This document shows positions 40,897-54,300 of a stretch of 64,000 nucleotides of DNA, piece after piece. The stretch comes from Raja brachyura. Lineage: Eukaryota. The stretch covers positions 4,650,001 through 4,714,000 of the forward strand of contig OY740803.1 in NCBI GenBank assembly GCA_963514005.1, given 5' to 3'. The notes beneath the pieces were generated by a model. It had not been told where the DNA came from. It saw only the letters and a list, made by a program, of their open reading frames with translations, and did no database searches. Position numbers and translations under genes: made by a program. The first letter of the stretch is position 1. Every line of letters starts with the position of its first letter.

Positions 40897-43800
40897 CAAA
40901 TACCGCCATTGGCAGTGGCTTCCACTTCTTGCTATTAAATAAAGTGAAATATTGTTGAGTTTTGTGGAGAATTAATTCTGACATGGATGAATTTGGTCAA
41001 ATACTGTAACATTATGTATTTCTATACGTCACAAAGGCAATCAGGAAAGGTCTCCATTGATATTACTGTCAGCCAACCACAGGGCCTGACACGTGATCCC
41101 TCTGGAGTTAGATAATAATTCTAGGAGAATCTTCACCATGGATATGACAGCGGGATTTAAAATTAAAGATGGACATTCTCTCGTGTTTTAACACAATAAA
41201 TATACAGTACCTGCTACTGGCAAGTAAATGCAGATGCAAAATAAAAGAACAAAGTGTTGGAGTAACAGCGGGCCAGGCGGCATCTCTGGAAGACAGTGAC
41301 GTTTCAGGTCGGGACCCTTCTTCAGACTGGCACCAGTCTGCACTGACGTAGATGTGGATGAGGGGTGTAGTAAATATAATCACGTTATCTATCCAAATGT
41401 AACGTAGATAAAAACAAAGATCAATAACTGAATCTCAGCTCTAAAATCCTCAATATCGACTGGTGATTCCTAAAATGTGATTGCTGATACAGCATTTCTT
41501 CAAAACATGTTTTATGGATATTTTTGTCATTGTGTGGTTATTTTTTAATAGATTTTCAAATTAATTTACCAATTAAGAGTATAATTTCTTATTTTCATGC
41601 TCCTTTAATCAATCAGAAATATAATATGCCAATGTGTAATAAAATGTTTATTTTAAAAAATCAGGTACATTTTTATACATCTATATTTCAATAATAATCT
41701 AAATTTTAAAAATGGAATTTAATTTTCTTTTTATAGTGTGTGTCTTTGTTTACACTGGCACCAGTCTGCTGTAACCTATTTGTATACTGCTACGACTTTC
41801 AATTTTTTTAGAAATAATATGAATGAAGGCAACTCGGGATAATTAAGAGTAAACTTGTATTAATTTAGAAATTAAAGAATGCTTTGTTTATCATTTACAA
41901 TTGCTCCAACTGGAAACTGATCATGTGTACATTCTGTCCATAGTTTAGTTTAGCGATACAGCACAGAAACAGGCCCTTCAGCCCACCGAGTCCGCGCCGA
42001 CCAGCGATCCCCGCACACTAACACTATCCTACACACACTAGGGACAATTTTACATTTACACCAAGCCAATTGGCCTGCAAACCTGCAAACCCACGCAGGT
42101 CAAGGGGAGAACGTACAAACGTTCTTGCGGCTGGCATGTAATATACGGCATCGTGTAACCACTATCGTTAGAATCGGCCAAGGAATCGTGTCTGTTGAAG
42201 TTTGCAAGAGGAGCTGAGAATATATAGAACTATACACGAGAGCTGCAACACACAAACAGAAGCAGTGGAATGGGTCTCATCACCACCACATCAGCACTGG
42301 TTGTTAGCGCTACAGGCTTGATCCACCTCGATGTGAATGGAGTTAGACTTTTACACAACATTCAGGAGAAGGTGGCTTCAACACGGGATTCTCCAATTGC
42401 AAATTCTAAAGACAATGGACGATAGACAATTGGTGCAGGAGTAGGCCATTCCGCCCTTCGAGCCAGCACCGCCATTCAATGTGATCATGGCTGATCATCA
42501 CACCATCCCTGCCTTTTCCCTATATCCCCTGACTCCACTATCTTTAAGAGCCCTATCTAGCTCTCTCTTGAAAGTATCTAGAAAAATGCCCCCTGAGGCA
42601 GAGAATTCCACAGACTGAGTAGATAATGCAGCGCGACTTCCCCATGAGATCCCCATCACTCACAGAAACCAGTCACTGCAAGGCCAGTGTGCATTTCCCA
42701 TCCGTAATTTCTTGTGAGCTGTTGGTGGAACCTTGTTCTTCTGAGGAAGGTGCTCCCACTGTGTTAGTGGGAGACATATCAGGATTTAGGCACAGCAATG
42801 ATGAAGGACGTGGACAATCCTTTCCCGAGTTAGCGTGGTGGAGCCGTGTTCCCAGGCATCTGTTGCCCTTGTCCTTGCCGGTGGGAGAGATCATGGGTTT
42901 GGAGGTGCTGAGGCTGGTGACTGCAATTGTAGATTGGACACGCTGCAATCCTGTACAGTTCTGCTGCTGGAGGTGATTTACTGGAACAGCTAGGCTTTAG
43001 CCGCAGTTAGTTCCGAAGCACAAACCCCATAAGAATCACCCGGTATTTGGATCTTCTCTTCCGCGTCAATCTAATGCTCCCCTTTTCTGCATTGATGCAC
43101 CAAATAAGTATCGTTATTGCCGCGTGTGAATGTGGCATTTCATAGCTTTCAAACAAAAGATATTTAGTAAAAACAGAACCATTCGATTCCAAAATTACAT
43201 AACAAAGTCACCTCCCAAAATGCATCAGACACAAACATGTTTACGCTAATATTTGTAAGATTAGGTTTATTGATTATTTTTGTACATGGTTTCAAAAATT
43301 ACCAAGATATCCCACAGCAAGTTCAAACATTTAATTCAGAACACAAAATTGAAACTAGATTGTAAATGGCGTAATCATATTAAAATCGACCTTCAAATTC
43401 CCCATAAGGTCTAGTCTGGCTACAAGTCCAACATTATTTGAAACAACATCAGCAAATATAACCATATAACCATATAACAATTACAGCACGGAAACAGGCC
43501 TTCTCGGCCCTTCCAGTCCGTGCCGACCATTTATTTTCCCCTAGTCCCATCTACCTGCACTCAGACCATACCCCTCCATTCCCTTCCCGTCCATATACCT
43601 ATCCACTTTACTTTTGAGTATAGGAGTTCCCCCTCATGTTACCCCTAAACTTCTGTCTCCAAATATTGCACTAAAGTGCACCTTAGAATTTAAAAAGTGC
43701 CAAATTTCCAAATTTTAACTGGGGAATCTTGGATTAACTGGGTGAAAGATTGACATGAAGTTTGGTGAATTAGATGAGATATGTAGAGATATTACACAGA

Positions 43801-44489
43801 CATCATCAGCTATTTAACTGTCAACATTATACAACAAATTCCAGAATTTGTGTTCTAGAGATTATATTTGATGAAATCAGGTACAATCATCTACTCAACC
43901 ACATTCCTTGTACGTTGGGTTACTTTACCAGCGGCAGCAATATTTACTGGATTCCCCTTGTATTGAAAACACAAGGAAAGGTATGCAGGGATTCAATCAT
44001 ATTACTGAATTAGAATTATTGTTTTTCTCCACCAGAATCTAAAAGTCATATCCTAATTCTGGGATTAACTATTTCTCAATTTTATTTTTAATTCTGCCCT
44101 GTACCGGCAAGGTTAAATCTGTTATGGTTTCAGTATTTGCCATGACATTATTCCCCTCGAAAACTACACCAATCATAAGAATCCGTTGCAATAACATTCA
44201 TTTTAGAAATCGCACCACAGAGGAAATAGGTTAATAGAAATGATCTTTCTAATAATCAAATTAGTTGTTAATGAAAGGACACCAATGGTAAAGATTTCAA
44301 ATGCAGGGATAAGTCAATGTCAGGATTGAACAGTGGAACTCAACATATACAAGTACACTACCTCTCATCATCAGCAATTACACTATTGAATCACTCCATT
44401 TTTTTGTCAGCTTGAGATAACTTGAAGTCAGTTGTCTAGAAACACATTGCTAATACAGGCTAAAATCCTACAACATAAAATAGATAGCC

Positions 44490-45010
44490 ACAAACTCAAC
44501 GGGACAGGCAGCATCTCTGGAGAGAAGGAATGGGTGACGTTTCAGTACGAGACTCTTCTTCAGACTGGTTTGGGATAAGGGAAACGAGTGATATAGACGG
44601 TGATGTGGAGAGATAAAGAACAATGAATGAAAGATATGCAACAAAGTAACGATGATAAAGGAAACAGGCCATTGTTAGCTGAGTAGCTGGTGCGACTTGG
44701 GTGGGGGAGGGACAGAGAGAGAGGGAACGCCGGGGTTACTTGAAGTGAGAGGAATCAATATTCAAACCACTGGGCTGTAAGCTGCTCAAGCAAAATATGA
44801 GATGCTGTTCCTCCAAGTTGTGTTTAGCCTCACGCTGGCAATGGAAGAGGCTGAAGACAGAAAGGTCTGTGTGGGAATGAGAAGGAGAATTAATGTTTAG
44901 CAACCTGGAGATCAGGTGGGCTGAGCGAAGGTGTTCAGCGAAACGATCGCCCAGTCTACGTTTGGTCTCGTCGATGTATAAGAGGCCACATCATGAACGA
45001 TGGATACAGT
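44490..45010 (-). mobile_element. Penelope-like element 3' end (GIY-YIG remnant plus terminal repeat)
   Basis: Minus strand reads YCIHRS*CGLLYIDETKRRLGDRFAEHLRS and LEEQHLIFCL..LQPSGLNID, followed by the hammerhead-bearing repeat; a shorter copy lies at 46289-46565. Confidence 0.88.
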
Positions 45011-45518
45011 AATAGATAACTATTTTTTAATTCTGCTGTTATCATAAACAGTTTGTGGGTTCTACCATTTACTGTCATTGAAAACACAAACTTTTCAGTT
45101 TATAATTAATAGATTTTTATACCTGAAATAGGAACAATGCAATCAGTACTGGCAATTCACAGTGGGACATAAAACATAGACATTATACGAGAAAATGTCG
45201 TAGCTGGCCTTGCAACCACATAGTTACATTCTCATCACAAAGCCAACTTGACAACATATTTAATCCCATGGTAACTTATTTTCAACAATTTTAATGATTA
45301 TTTACTTCCTTTCCAATTCAATGAATAGATAGCCAGCGTCACCACAAACATCACATTTCATATGTTGCACCTTCATTGTGTTAGAACTTCTTTAGTCGCC
45401 AATGTTCAAGACTTTGATCCAATACTTATTTGGGCACCAGCGGCTGAACAGACTGTTCATTCTGTAAAAACTGAGATAAATGGACATTACCAAATATGTA
45501 TTTTCTCTAAACAATCTA

Positions 45519-45608
45519 TTAATGTGATTGGAACATGAAAACATGGAGATAGAGCAAGGGGCAGAGTGGTAGAAACGGAATCCAAACCACAAACTTTCCA
45601 GGGAAACC
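45519..45608 (-). CDS. Candidate final coding exon of the SLC5A gene
   Basis: cctgttgtttgtgcag| acceptor; phase 0 gives GFPGKFVVWIPFLPLCPLLYLHVFMFQSH*; no homology support. Confidence 0.35.
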   Translation of the reverse strand, partial: GFPGKFVVWIPFLPLCPLLYLHVFMFQSH

Positions 45609-45980
45609 CTGCACAAACAACAGGAAATATTCTTAAAATAGCAAATACAATTATTCAGGATTCGAGGTGCGACATTTTCATAAAGGGGTGAATCAGAATT
45701 CTTCAACTTCAGAAATTGACATTAAACACCCTTACAACATAATGACACATCCATTTATTCCCTAATCACTGCTTACACACAATCACAGCTATTTACACGG
45801 GGTAAAAGATTGCAACCTTCACGTGGTCCGCCCTGTTTCGACTAATGTAATCAACTCGATGTGCACAAAACGGAAGATTAAATAGAACAAGTTGTCGTGC
45901 AACTTTAGACTGTGCACGCCACGCGAAAGAAGAAGAAGAAGAAGCTATCTGCATGTGCCACAACAGTTATGTGATTTTAC

Positions 45981-46049
45981 CTGAGTATTAGAAGCATGGT
46001 GACCTGTAGTGAAGATTTTTTCAGGAGCGGTTTCCAACAGTTCTATGGC
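45981..46049 (-). CDS. SLC5A-family gene, C-terminal tail exon
   Basis: Long T-tract cacag| acceptor and cag|gtaaaa donor; AIELLETAPEKIFTTGHHASNTQ; phase 0 matches. It could instead read through to a stop at ~45945. Confidence 0.65.
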
Positions 46050-47796
46050 CTGTGAAAAAAAAACAATTAGTATCACTCAAACTTATTTTTATCCCTTCTA
46101 TGACATTCAGAACTATGAACAGTTATGAATGGAGGTTTGGAAAGCTGAATAATTAATATTTAGAGTTTACATACAGTTGGTGTTAAAAATGGAAAATAAT
46201 TTAAAAAAAATTGGAGGATAAAGAATGTTTGCAAAGCAGACAAATACAAGTTTCAATTGCGTTTAGGGAGTATTCTAAATAAAACGAGAGGTAGACAAAA
46301 GTGCTGGAGAAACTCAGCGGGTGCAGCAGCACCAGAGAAAAGGAATACGCGACGTTTTGGGTCGAGACCCTTCTTCAGACTGATGTCGGGGGGGAGCAGG
46401 AAAAAGAAAGGAAGAGGCGGAGACAGTGGGCTGTGGGAGAGCTGGGGAGGGGAGGGGAAGGAGGGAGAAAGCAAAGACTACATGAAATTGGAGAAGTCAA
46501 TGTTCATACCGCTGGGATGTCGACTGCCCAAGCGGAATATGAGGTGCTGCTCCTCCAATTTACGCTTGTCCGCACAACTTACCCGCTTTTTTAAGTAGCA
46601 GTCAAATACGGGACAGGGGCGGTCCCGTACGGGACACACCAATTTTGTCCAATAGGCGGTATGTCCCGGCTAATACGGGACAGTTGGCAACCCTAGTGGC
46701 ATTCAGATCTTGTGAAAGGTCCTGAATAATACAACAATCACCTCAAATTACATGGATTACAAATTTAAATTTAAATGCTGAATTTGTATTAAGGATCTTG
46801 TGACTCAAAGTCAAGGGTGCTGAAAGTCAAGGTGCTCAAAGCCAAGGGGACTACCTGAAATCTAAGATACTAAGCTAAAGTTCATTTCAGAGAACGTGAC
46901 AAAATTGAGTCCGTTTGGTTAATTAATGTCAATGGGTTTGCTCTTTTCTGTTGTGTGAGCTTTAGCTTCTTCTTCTTTCATGTGGCGTGCACAGCCTAAA
47001 GTTGTTGGACAACTTGTTCTATTTGATCTGCTGTTTGTGCACGTTGAGTTGATTACATTAGTCGAAACGGGGCGGACCACGTGAAGGGTTGCAATCTTCC
47101 ACCCCGTATCTTTAGCTTTGACATCTGGATTCCCCAAGGAACACATTGCTGTTCACCAAAGTTTCACAATTTAATAACATTGAGATTTACAGTGTGGAAA
47201 CAGGCCCTTCAGCCCAACTTGCTCATACCGGCCAACAATGTCCCATCTACCGAATCCCACCTGCCTGCATTTGGTCCATATCTCTCCAAACGTGTCCTAG
47301 CCATGTACGTTTCTTAAACGTTGCGATGGTCCCTTCCTCACTTCCTCATCTGGCAGCCCATTCCATACACCCACCACCCTTTGTGTGAATGTCACGTGTC
47401 CATTCCTTCCACAAATGCTGTCTGAACCACTGAGTTCCTCCAGCGTTTTAGGTTTTACACAAGACTCCAGTATCTGCAGTTCTTGTGTAGGAAGGAACTG
47501 CAGATGCTGGTTTAAACTGAACATAGACACAAAATGCTGGAGTAACTCAGCGGGACAGGCAGCATCTCTGAAGAAGGGTCTTGACCCGAAACATCACCCA
47601 TTCCTTATATCCAGAGATGCTGCCTGTTACTCCAGCATTTAATAATTTGGCCATTTAAACATATTAATATTATTAAGACACATGTGTCTATCTGCAGTTC
47701 TTTGTGTCTTAATAATATTAATATGTTTAAATTGCCAATTTATTACATTCAAATCTAATGATTAATGAAAGCTTGATTGAATGATAATGATCTTAC

Positions 47797-47897
47797 TGTC
47801 TCAGGCAATGGTGCAGCCGGCTTCTTTCTGAACAGAATCTCGTGAATGGTGTGATATAGAGGAGCAATGAGTTCTTGATCCACATTTTTGCTGCCTC
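47797..47897 (-). CDS. SLC5A-family gene exon (SLC5A8 exon 14 equivalent)
   Basis: GGSKNVDQELIAPLYHTIHEILFRKKPAAPLPET; cag| acceptor, |gtaaga donor; phases consistent. Confidence 0.85.
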
Positions 47898-48569
47898 CTG
47901 AGGTGGGGACAACAGGGTTAGTTATGACGGCAGCAACAATGAACCGACCGCATTCAGACTGAAGTTTCTAACTTTTGGGTAAAATGCTATTTTGAAATTG
48001 TCCAACAGTGAAGATTAAGCTTTTATGGAGAACAGAAACATTATAAATCAGTAGAGGAGACTAGCATTCACAGTGCCGTATTAACATGCTTGAAGAAATT
48101 TATACAGGAAGAAATTTAAACTATGGAAATTTCTCAGAAGGTATCATGTTGCTAATGTGTTTAAGAAGGAACTGCAGATGCTGGAAAAATCAAAGGTAGA
48201 CAAAAATGCTGGAGAAACTCAGCGGGTGAGACAGCATCTATGGAGCAAAGGGATAGGTGACGTTTCGGGTCGAAACCCTTTGACGTCGCTTATTTCCTTC
48301 GCTCCATAGATGCTGCCTCACCCGCTGAGTTTCTCCAGCATTTTTGTCTACCTTCAGTATACATATTGATCTATATTATACAGTTCATCTACATTTAACT
48401 GGTAAGCAACTAATGTTGTGTATCACACCCATCGGAATGGAAGTAAGCGACATCATTGATTTTGCATTGCTTCCTAGGATTCTTCACCGCACTAATCCAC
48501 ATCATCCCATTAATCCAGTCTCCTAGAGAAAAAAATGTGAAAACTACAAATTGTTTAATAAAAAGGGGT

Positions 48570-48869
48570 GGCACGGTGGTGCAGCGATAGAGTTGCTGCT
48601 TCACAAAATCAGAGACCCCGGTTCGATCCTGACTACGGGCGCTGTCTGTACAGAGTTTGAATGTCCTCCCCTTGACCTGCGTGGGTTTTCTCCGGGTTCT
48701 CCAGTTTCCTCCCACACTCCAAAGACGTACAAGTTTGCCGGTTAATTGGCCTTGGCATAAATGTAAATTATCCACAGTGTGTGTAGGATAGTGTCAGTTG
48801 GATCGATGGTCAGCACGGACTCGGTGGGCCGAAGGGCCTGTTTCACCGCTGTATCTCTGAACTAAACTA
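48570..48869 (+). mobile_element. tRNA-derived V-SINE (HE1-like)
   Basis: A box tggtgcagcg, B box ggttcgatcc, V-domain tgcgtgggttttctccggg..tttcctcccacac, CR1-like 3' end; partial copies at 41942-42120, 50514-50675, 56250-56312 and 59082-59188. Confidence 0.85.
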
Positions 48870-49027
48870 CAAAAAAAGATTTAATGTGGAGCACCAGAGA
48901 TATCTCATATGATATGAGATAAGAGATCCTCTCGGAGTGGAATGAATAATGCGATCTTTTGATCAAGGTCAATGCCAACTAACAAGACTCCAGCTTCTAA
49001 ACTATAATATAATTTCAGTTTACTTAC

Positions 49028-49131
49028 CGGTAACCATACTAACCAGCAAACCGAATATAATTGTAAGCAGACAGCCAACAGGGGTATAATATCCATAGGA
49101 TAGTGAGCAGACGTTTTCTATCACGCTCGCT
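49028..49131 (-). CDS. SLC5A-family gene exon (last TM helix)
   Basis: 104 bp; ASVIENVCSLSYGYYTPVGCLLTIIFGLLVSMVTG matches the SLC5A8/12 YSLSYLY..VG..G..VSL.TG pattern. Confidence 0.92.
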
Positions 49132-50172
49132 CTAAAAAAGATTCAAGATATTTATGATAACAGAGATTTTATATGAGATAGATCATCTGTGAATCTTTGA
49201 AATCAGGCTCTTTAGGTAGGAACTGGAGTCATTATCACAATATTACATTTAACTGTTCCTCATGATTGCACTAAAACAGGAGAAATGCTCGCAGTTGTAG
49301 ATCGCCGCTCAATCTGTAACACCATAGGAGTAGAATTAGGCCACTCAGCCCATCATGTCTACACTGCCTTTCGATCATGGCTGATCTATCTCTCCCTCCT
49401 AACCACATCCTCCTGCCTTCTCCCCATAACCCCTGACACCCGTACTAATCAAGGATCTATCTATCTCTGCCTTAAAAATATCCACTGACTTGGCCTCCAC
49501 ATCCGTCAAACAGTGATCGTAGGTTAATCCATTCATTCCAGAGATCATTCTCCTAAACCTCCTCTGGACCCTCTGGAGCCAGCACATCCTTCCTCAGATG
49601 TGGTGCCCAAAACTACTCACAATATTCCAAATGCGGTCTGACCAGCGCCTTATAGAGCTTCAACATTACATCCCTGTTTTTGTATACAAGCTCTTGTGAA
49701 ATAAATGCTAGCAGTGAGTTCAAGAAAGAACTGCAGATAATGGACAAATCGAAGGTAGACAAAAATGGTGGTGAAACTCAGTGGGTGAAGCAGTATCACT
49801 GGAGCGAAGGAAAGGGTGACACTTCGGGTCGAGACCCAAAACGTCACTTATTCCTTCGCTCCATAGATGCTGCCTCACCCGTTGGGTTTCTCCAGCATTT
49901 TTGTCTACCTAGCATTGAGTTTGCTTTCTTTTGGTCAAGAACCTTCTTCAGACTTGAAACGTCACCCATTCCTTCTCTCCACAGATGCTGCCTCACCCGC
50001 TGAGTTACTCCAGCATTTAGTGTCTAGTTTCGATTTAAACCAGCATCTGCAGTTCTTTCTTACACATCTGCAGTTTCTCCCGGTGCTGCACCTCCCGTTG
50101 TTGTAGATCTATACGTGCAGTGAACAAACAAAATAGAAAATAAAATGATTCCGTGTTAACTGACTGACTTAC

Positions 50173-50369
50173 GTTTTATCCGGTGTCACCATGGTGGTGA
50201 AGAAGGATGATCCATTCATGGGGCTGGAGGTGGTGGTATTAGACATGTAACAGCCTGCTATTGATGTTTGGAGTTTCCTTGTGAACTTTGCAGCAGGTGG
50301 ATACATTTGAGAACAGATTCCCAAAAAAAGTGAACAGCCACAAGAGATAAACATACCCACAAATGCACC
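50173..50369 (-). CDS. SLC5A-family gene exon
   Basis: GAFVGMFISCGCSLFLGICSQMYPP..GC..NTT..; canonical splice sites; phase 0 to 2. Confidence 0.92.
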
Positions 50370-50940
50370 CTGTGAGAATCAAAGTGAGGACAATATTACT
50401 TCAGGGTGTAATGGAGAAGTACAGCTCCACAAATCATTCTGTCTTTCCAGTGGTGAGCGTCAGTTAACAATGGTCTAACCGTTGCAAATAGAATAGCTGC
50501 AGGAAAAGCGTGCGGCGCTGTGGTGCAGCGGTAGAGTTGCTGCCTTACAGCCCTTGCAGCGCCAGAGACCCGGGTTCGATCCCGACTACGGGTGCTGCCT
50601 GTACAAAGTTTGTACTTTCTCCCCGTCGTGACCTGCGTGAGTTTTCTCCGAGATCTTCGGTTTCCTCCCACATTCCTGAATATTTGCTTATTAATGCAAA
50701 CGAATGGCTTCGTGAAGGTAGCATTTTTACATCTTTGAATTAAACATTAACGTTGTAATGAGAATTGCCTTACTTCCAGTTTGCTACTTCTCAAGCTGGT
50801 GATCTGCTTTTTCACGTTGACTTAGCGTGGCCATTAACTTAACGCTGCACCAATAATTTTGTTTTAACACAAGTTTGAGATCTTGAAATGTTTGGAAATG
50901 TAAAACTAGTCCCAAATCTATTTTTAATACAAGGTCTTAC

Positions 50941-51027
50941 CGTCCCATTACTCTTTGGAAACAATGCTGCCAGTGTGAAAACGCCCAGTACAGGTCCAAG
51001 AATCAAGCCATCAACACTTCGAGCTAG
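50941..51027 (-). CDS. SLC5A-family gene exon (87 bp)
   Basis: LARSVDGLILGPVLGVFTLAALFPKSNGT (GP.LG.F.L...P..N motif); ctaatcag| acceptor, |gtaaga donor. Confidence 0.92.
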
Positions 51028-51391
51028 CTGATTAGAAAAATGACAGGAACATTCTTATGCCAACAGGGAGAACAATATTGATGCCAAGAAAATGTGTTAA
51101 AAGTTAAATTACAACTTTAAAAAAAAAGTTTAAGAAAGAACTGCAGATGCTGGAATAATCGAAGATAGACAAAAATGCTGGCGAAACTCAGCGGATGAGG
51201 CAGCATCTATGGAGCGAAGGAATAGGTGACTTCACTCCATAGACTTCTTCTGAAAAAGGGTCTCGACCCAAAACATCACCTATTCCTTCGCTCCATAGAT
51301 GCTGCCTCATCCGCTGAGTTTCTCCAGCATTTTTGTCCACTTTAACTTAATTTTCAAATTAATTTTTCATTTACCTGCATGACATTTTCTT

Positions 51392-54300
51392 TTTTTTTGT
51401 TTTTTGTTTTTTTTTTGTTGAATATTTTTTATTAGAAGTATAAGTACAGGTGTAAGTACAAGTATAAGTGCATATAAAAACAACGTTCTTGATAAAGAGA
51501 TAGGTAATAATTACCATGTTTTCTTATATATACTTCTAAACATTTTATTGTAGTTTTTTTAAGTGAAAAGTAGGAAAGTGTGAAAAATGATTAACATAAA
51601 AATAGTTGTAAAATAACCAGAAGAGAAAAGTAAATAAAATAACAGTGGTATATTATACAAACAGTATTTATATAATAATATATCCGTGATCAATAATGTA
51701 TTATTCTTCGTCTAATCCTTCGTTCAGGTCTCGATCAGGTCCACAAACCGAGTCATATTGATCCCTTAAGATATTCAAGGAATGGAGACCAAATCAGATT
51801 AAATTGGTCTAACTTGCCTAAAAGTGCAAGTCTTATTCTTTCCAAGTGTAAAGTCTCAGCCATTCCTGAAATCCACAATTTGATTGTAGGGGGTATGGGG
51901 CCTTTCCAAAATTGTAAAATTAATTTTTTACCAATTATTAAACTATAATCTATGAAAGTTCTTTGTGCTGTCGTGAGTAATTGATCCCTTTCTAATATTC
52001 CCAATATTATTAATTTTGAGTCTGGAACTAGATTCTTATTTACAACATTCGAGATTACCTTAAATATTTCCAACCAAAAATTGGTAATTTTTATACAAGT
52101 TGTAAAAGAATGTGTTAAATTAGCTTCTGGGTATTGGCATTTGTCACATATAGGAGATACATTAGAAAACATTCTATGTAATTTAGATTTTGAAAAATGC
52201 AATCTAAGTAAAACTTTGAATTGTATCAGAGAGTGTCTAGAATTTAATGAACAATTATGTATATATCGTAAACTTTCATCCCAGATATCGGATTCAATTG
52301 TTTCACCTATTTAATTTTCCCATAGTTGTCTGTACTTTTCCGTATTGGGTATATCATTTTCTAATAAAATATTATAAATGTATGATATTAATTTTTCCGT
52401 GTTTGGGTGTTTATTTAAGCATTCATCTAGAATTCCCGTCTTTCTCTTTTTATATTCCTGTGCAGTTGTTTTAATGTAGTCAGTTATTTGTAGATATCTG
52501 AAGTAATGTTTAGAGTGTAGTCCATATATTTCCTGTATTTCTTTAAATGAAAGATACAGATTGTCCCTGTAAAGGTCACTGATCTTATTAATTCCTTGAT
52601 TTTTCCATTGTAAGAATCCTAAATTTTCCAGGGATGGTTTAAAACTTACATTATTAACAATGGGAAGAACTAATGGGATATCTTCTAGTTTTAACGTTCT
52701 TTTTAACTGTCTCCAAATATTAATTCCACTATTAATTATTGGGTTTTCTCGATAAATTTTCTTAAATATTTTAATTTTAGAAAATAATATGGAACTGATT
52801 TCATACGGTAAGCAGTCTTCCTTTTCCATAAGTAACCAGTTTGGATTTTCATCCAGTTCAACCCACCAAAAGTTCATATTCTTAATATTAACTGACCAGT
52901 AATAATATATAAAATTAGGTAATGTTAAACCTCCATTAATTTTCGATTTACATAAATATTTTTTATTTATTCTATGGCTTTTATAGTCCCAAACAAAATG
53001 AGTGACTATAGAGTCAACCTTTTAAAAAAAATTCTTAAAAAGATATATCGGGATCATTTGAAATAAATATAATAATTGTGGAAGAAAAATCATTTTTATC
53101 GCATTAATTCTACCTATCATTGAGATAGGTAGAGTTCTCCAATATAGAATATTCTTAGATAATTTATTTAGTATAGGTAAAAAATTATATTTAAATAAAG
53201 AATCATATTTTTTTGTAACGCGAATTCCTAAATACTTAATCTGTTCATTAACAATCTTAAAAGGAAATTGTTTTAATGTAGTTAAATTATCTTGTGTTAA
53301 TGGCATGTTCACTTTTATTCCAATTGATTCTATATCCAGAAAACGAGCCAAATTGAGTTATTAAATTTAATAAATTAGGTATGCTAATTTCAGGTTTTTA
53401 AATATATAATAATACGTCATCTGCATATAGAGAAATTTTATTTCTTGTTTCGTTAGTTTCATATCCAAAAATTTCGGGGTGTAATCTTACCCGAATGGCT
53501 AATGGTTCTATAGCCAACGCAAATAATAATGGTGATAGGGGACAACCTTGTCTGCATCCTCGAAATAAATTAAATTTGGTGGATATCATTTGGTTAGTTA
53601 AGATTTTAGCAGTTGGATTAGTATATAGTAATTTGATCCATTTTATAAACTTGTCTCCCAAATTTAACTTTTCCATAACCGCAAACAAATATGGCCATTC
53701 AACTTGGTCAAAGGCTTTCTCTGCATCTAACGATATTATTAGTAAGTCTTTATTATAACTCCTTTTCGAGTATATAATATTAAACAATCGTCTCAAGTTA
53801 TATGATGAGTATCGTTTAGGTATAAATCCTGTTTGATCCGGGTGTATTATTTTATTAATCACTACACTTAATCTTTTAGCTAATATCTTAGTTAATATCT
53901 TTTGATCCGTATTTAAGAGAGCAATAGCTCCATATGATCCCGGATCATCTAGGTCTTTATCCATTTTTGGTATGAGTGTTATAATGGATTCGTTTAGTGT
54001 TTCTGGTAAACTCTGTTGCGCATATATATATTCGTAAAGTGTCTTCAAATAAGGTGTTATCAGATCCTTGTATGATTTATAAAATTCCGAACCAATACCA
54101 TCTGGCCCAGGGGTTTTCCCTTTTTTTAATGATATAATAGAATCCTCAATTTCTTTAACTGTTATTTCAGCATTTAATAGTTTTGTATCATCTACATCCA
54201 GTCCTATTAGATTACAGTCGTTTAAAAATGTATTAATTCCTATCTGATTTTCAGTCATTTTGGATGAGTATAAATCTTTATAATATTGTAAAAATCTCTC

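Noticed and set aside
42626-42976. Overlapping 116-aa and 91-aa ORFs as further SLC5A exons or a novel gene
   Set aside because: Resembles a decayed LINE 3' region (similar sequence at ~1935-2270); the nearest acceptor is followed by a phase-0 stop.
48570-48640. tRNA gene
   Set aside because: The A/B boxes belong to a SINE head continuous with a V-domain and LINE-like tail.
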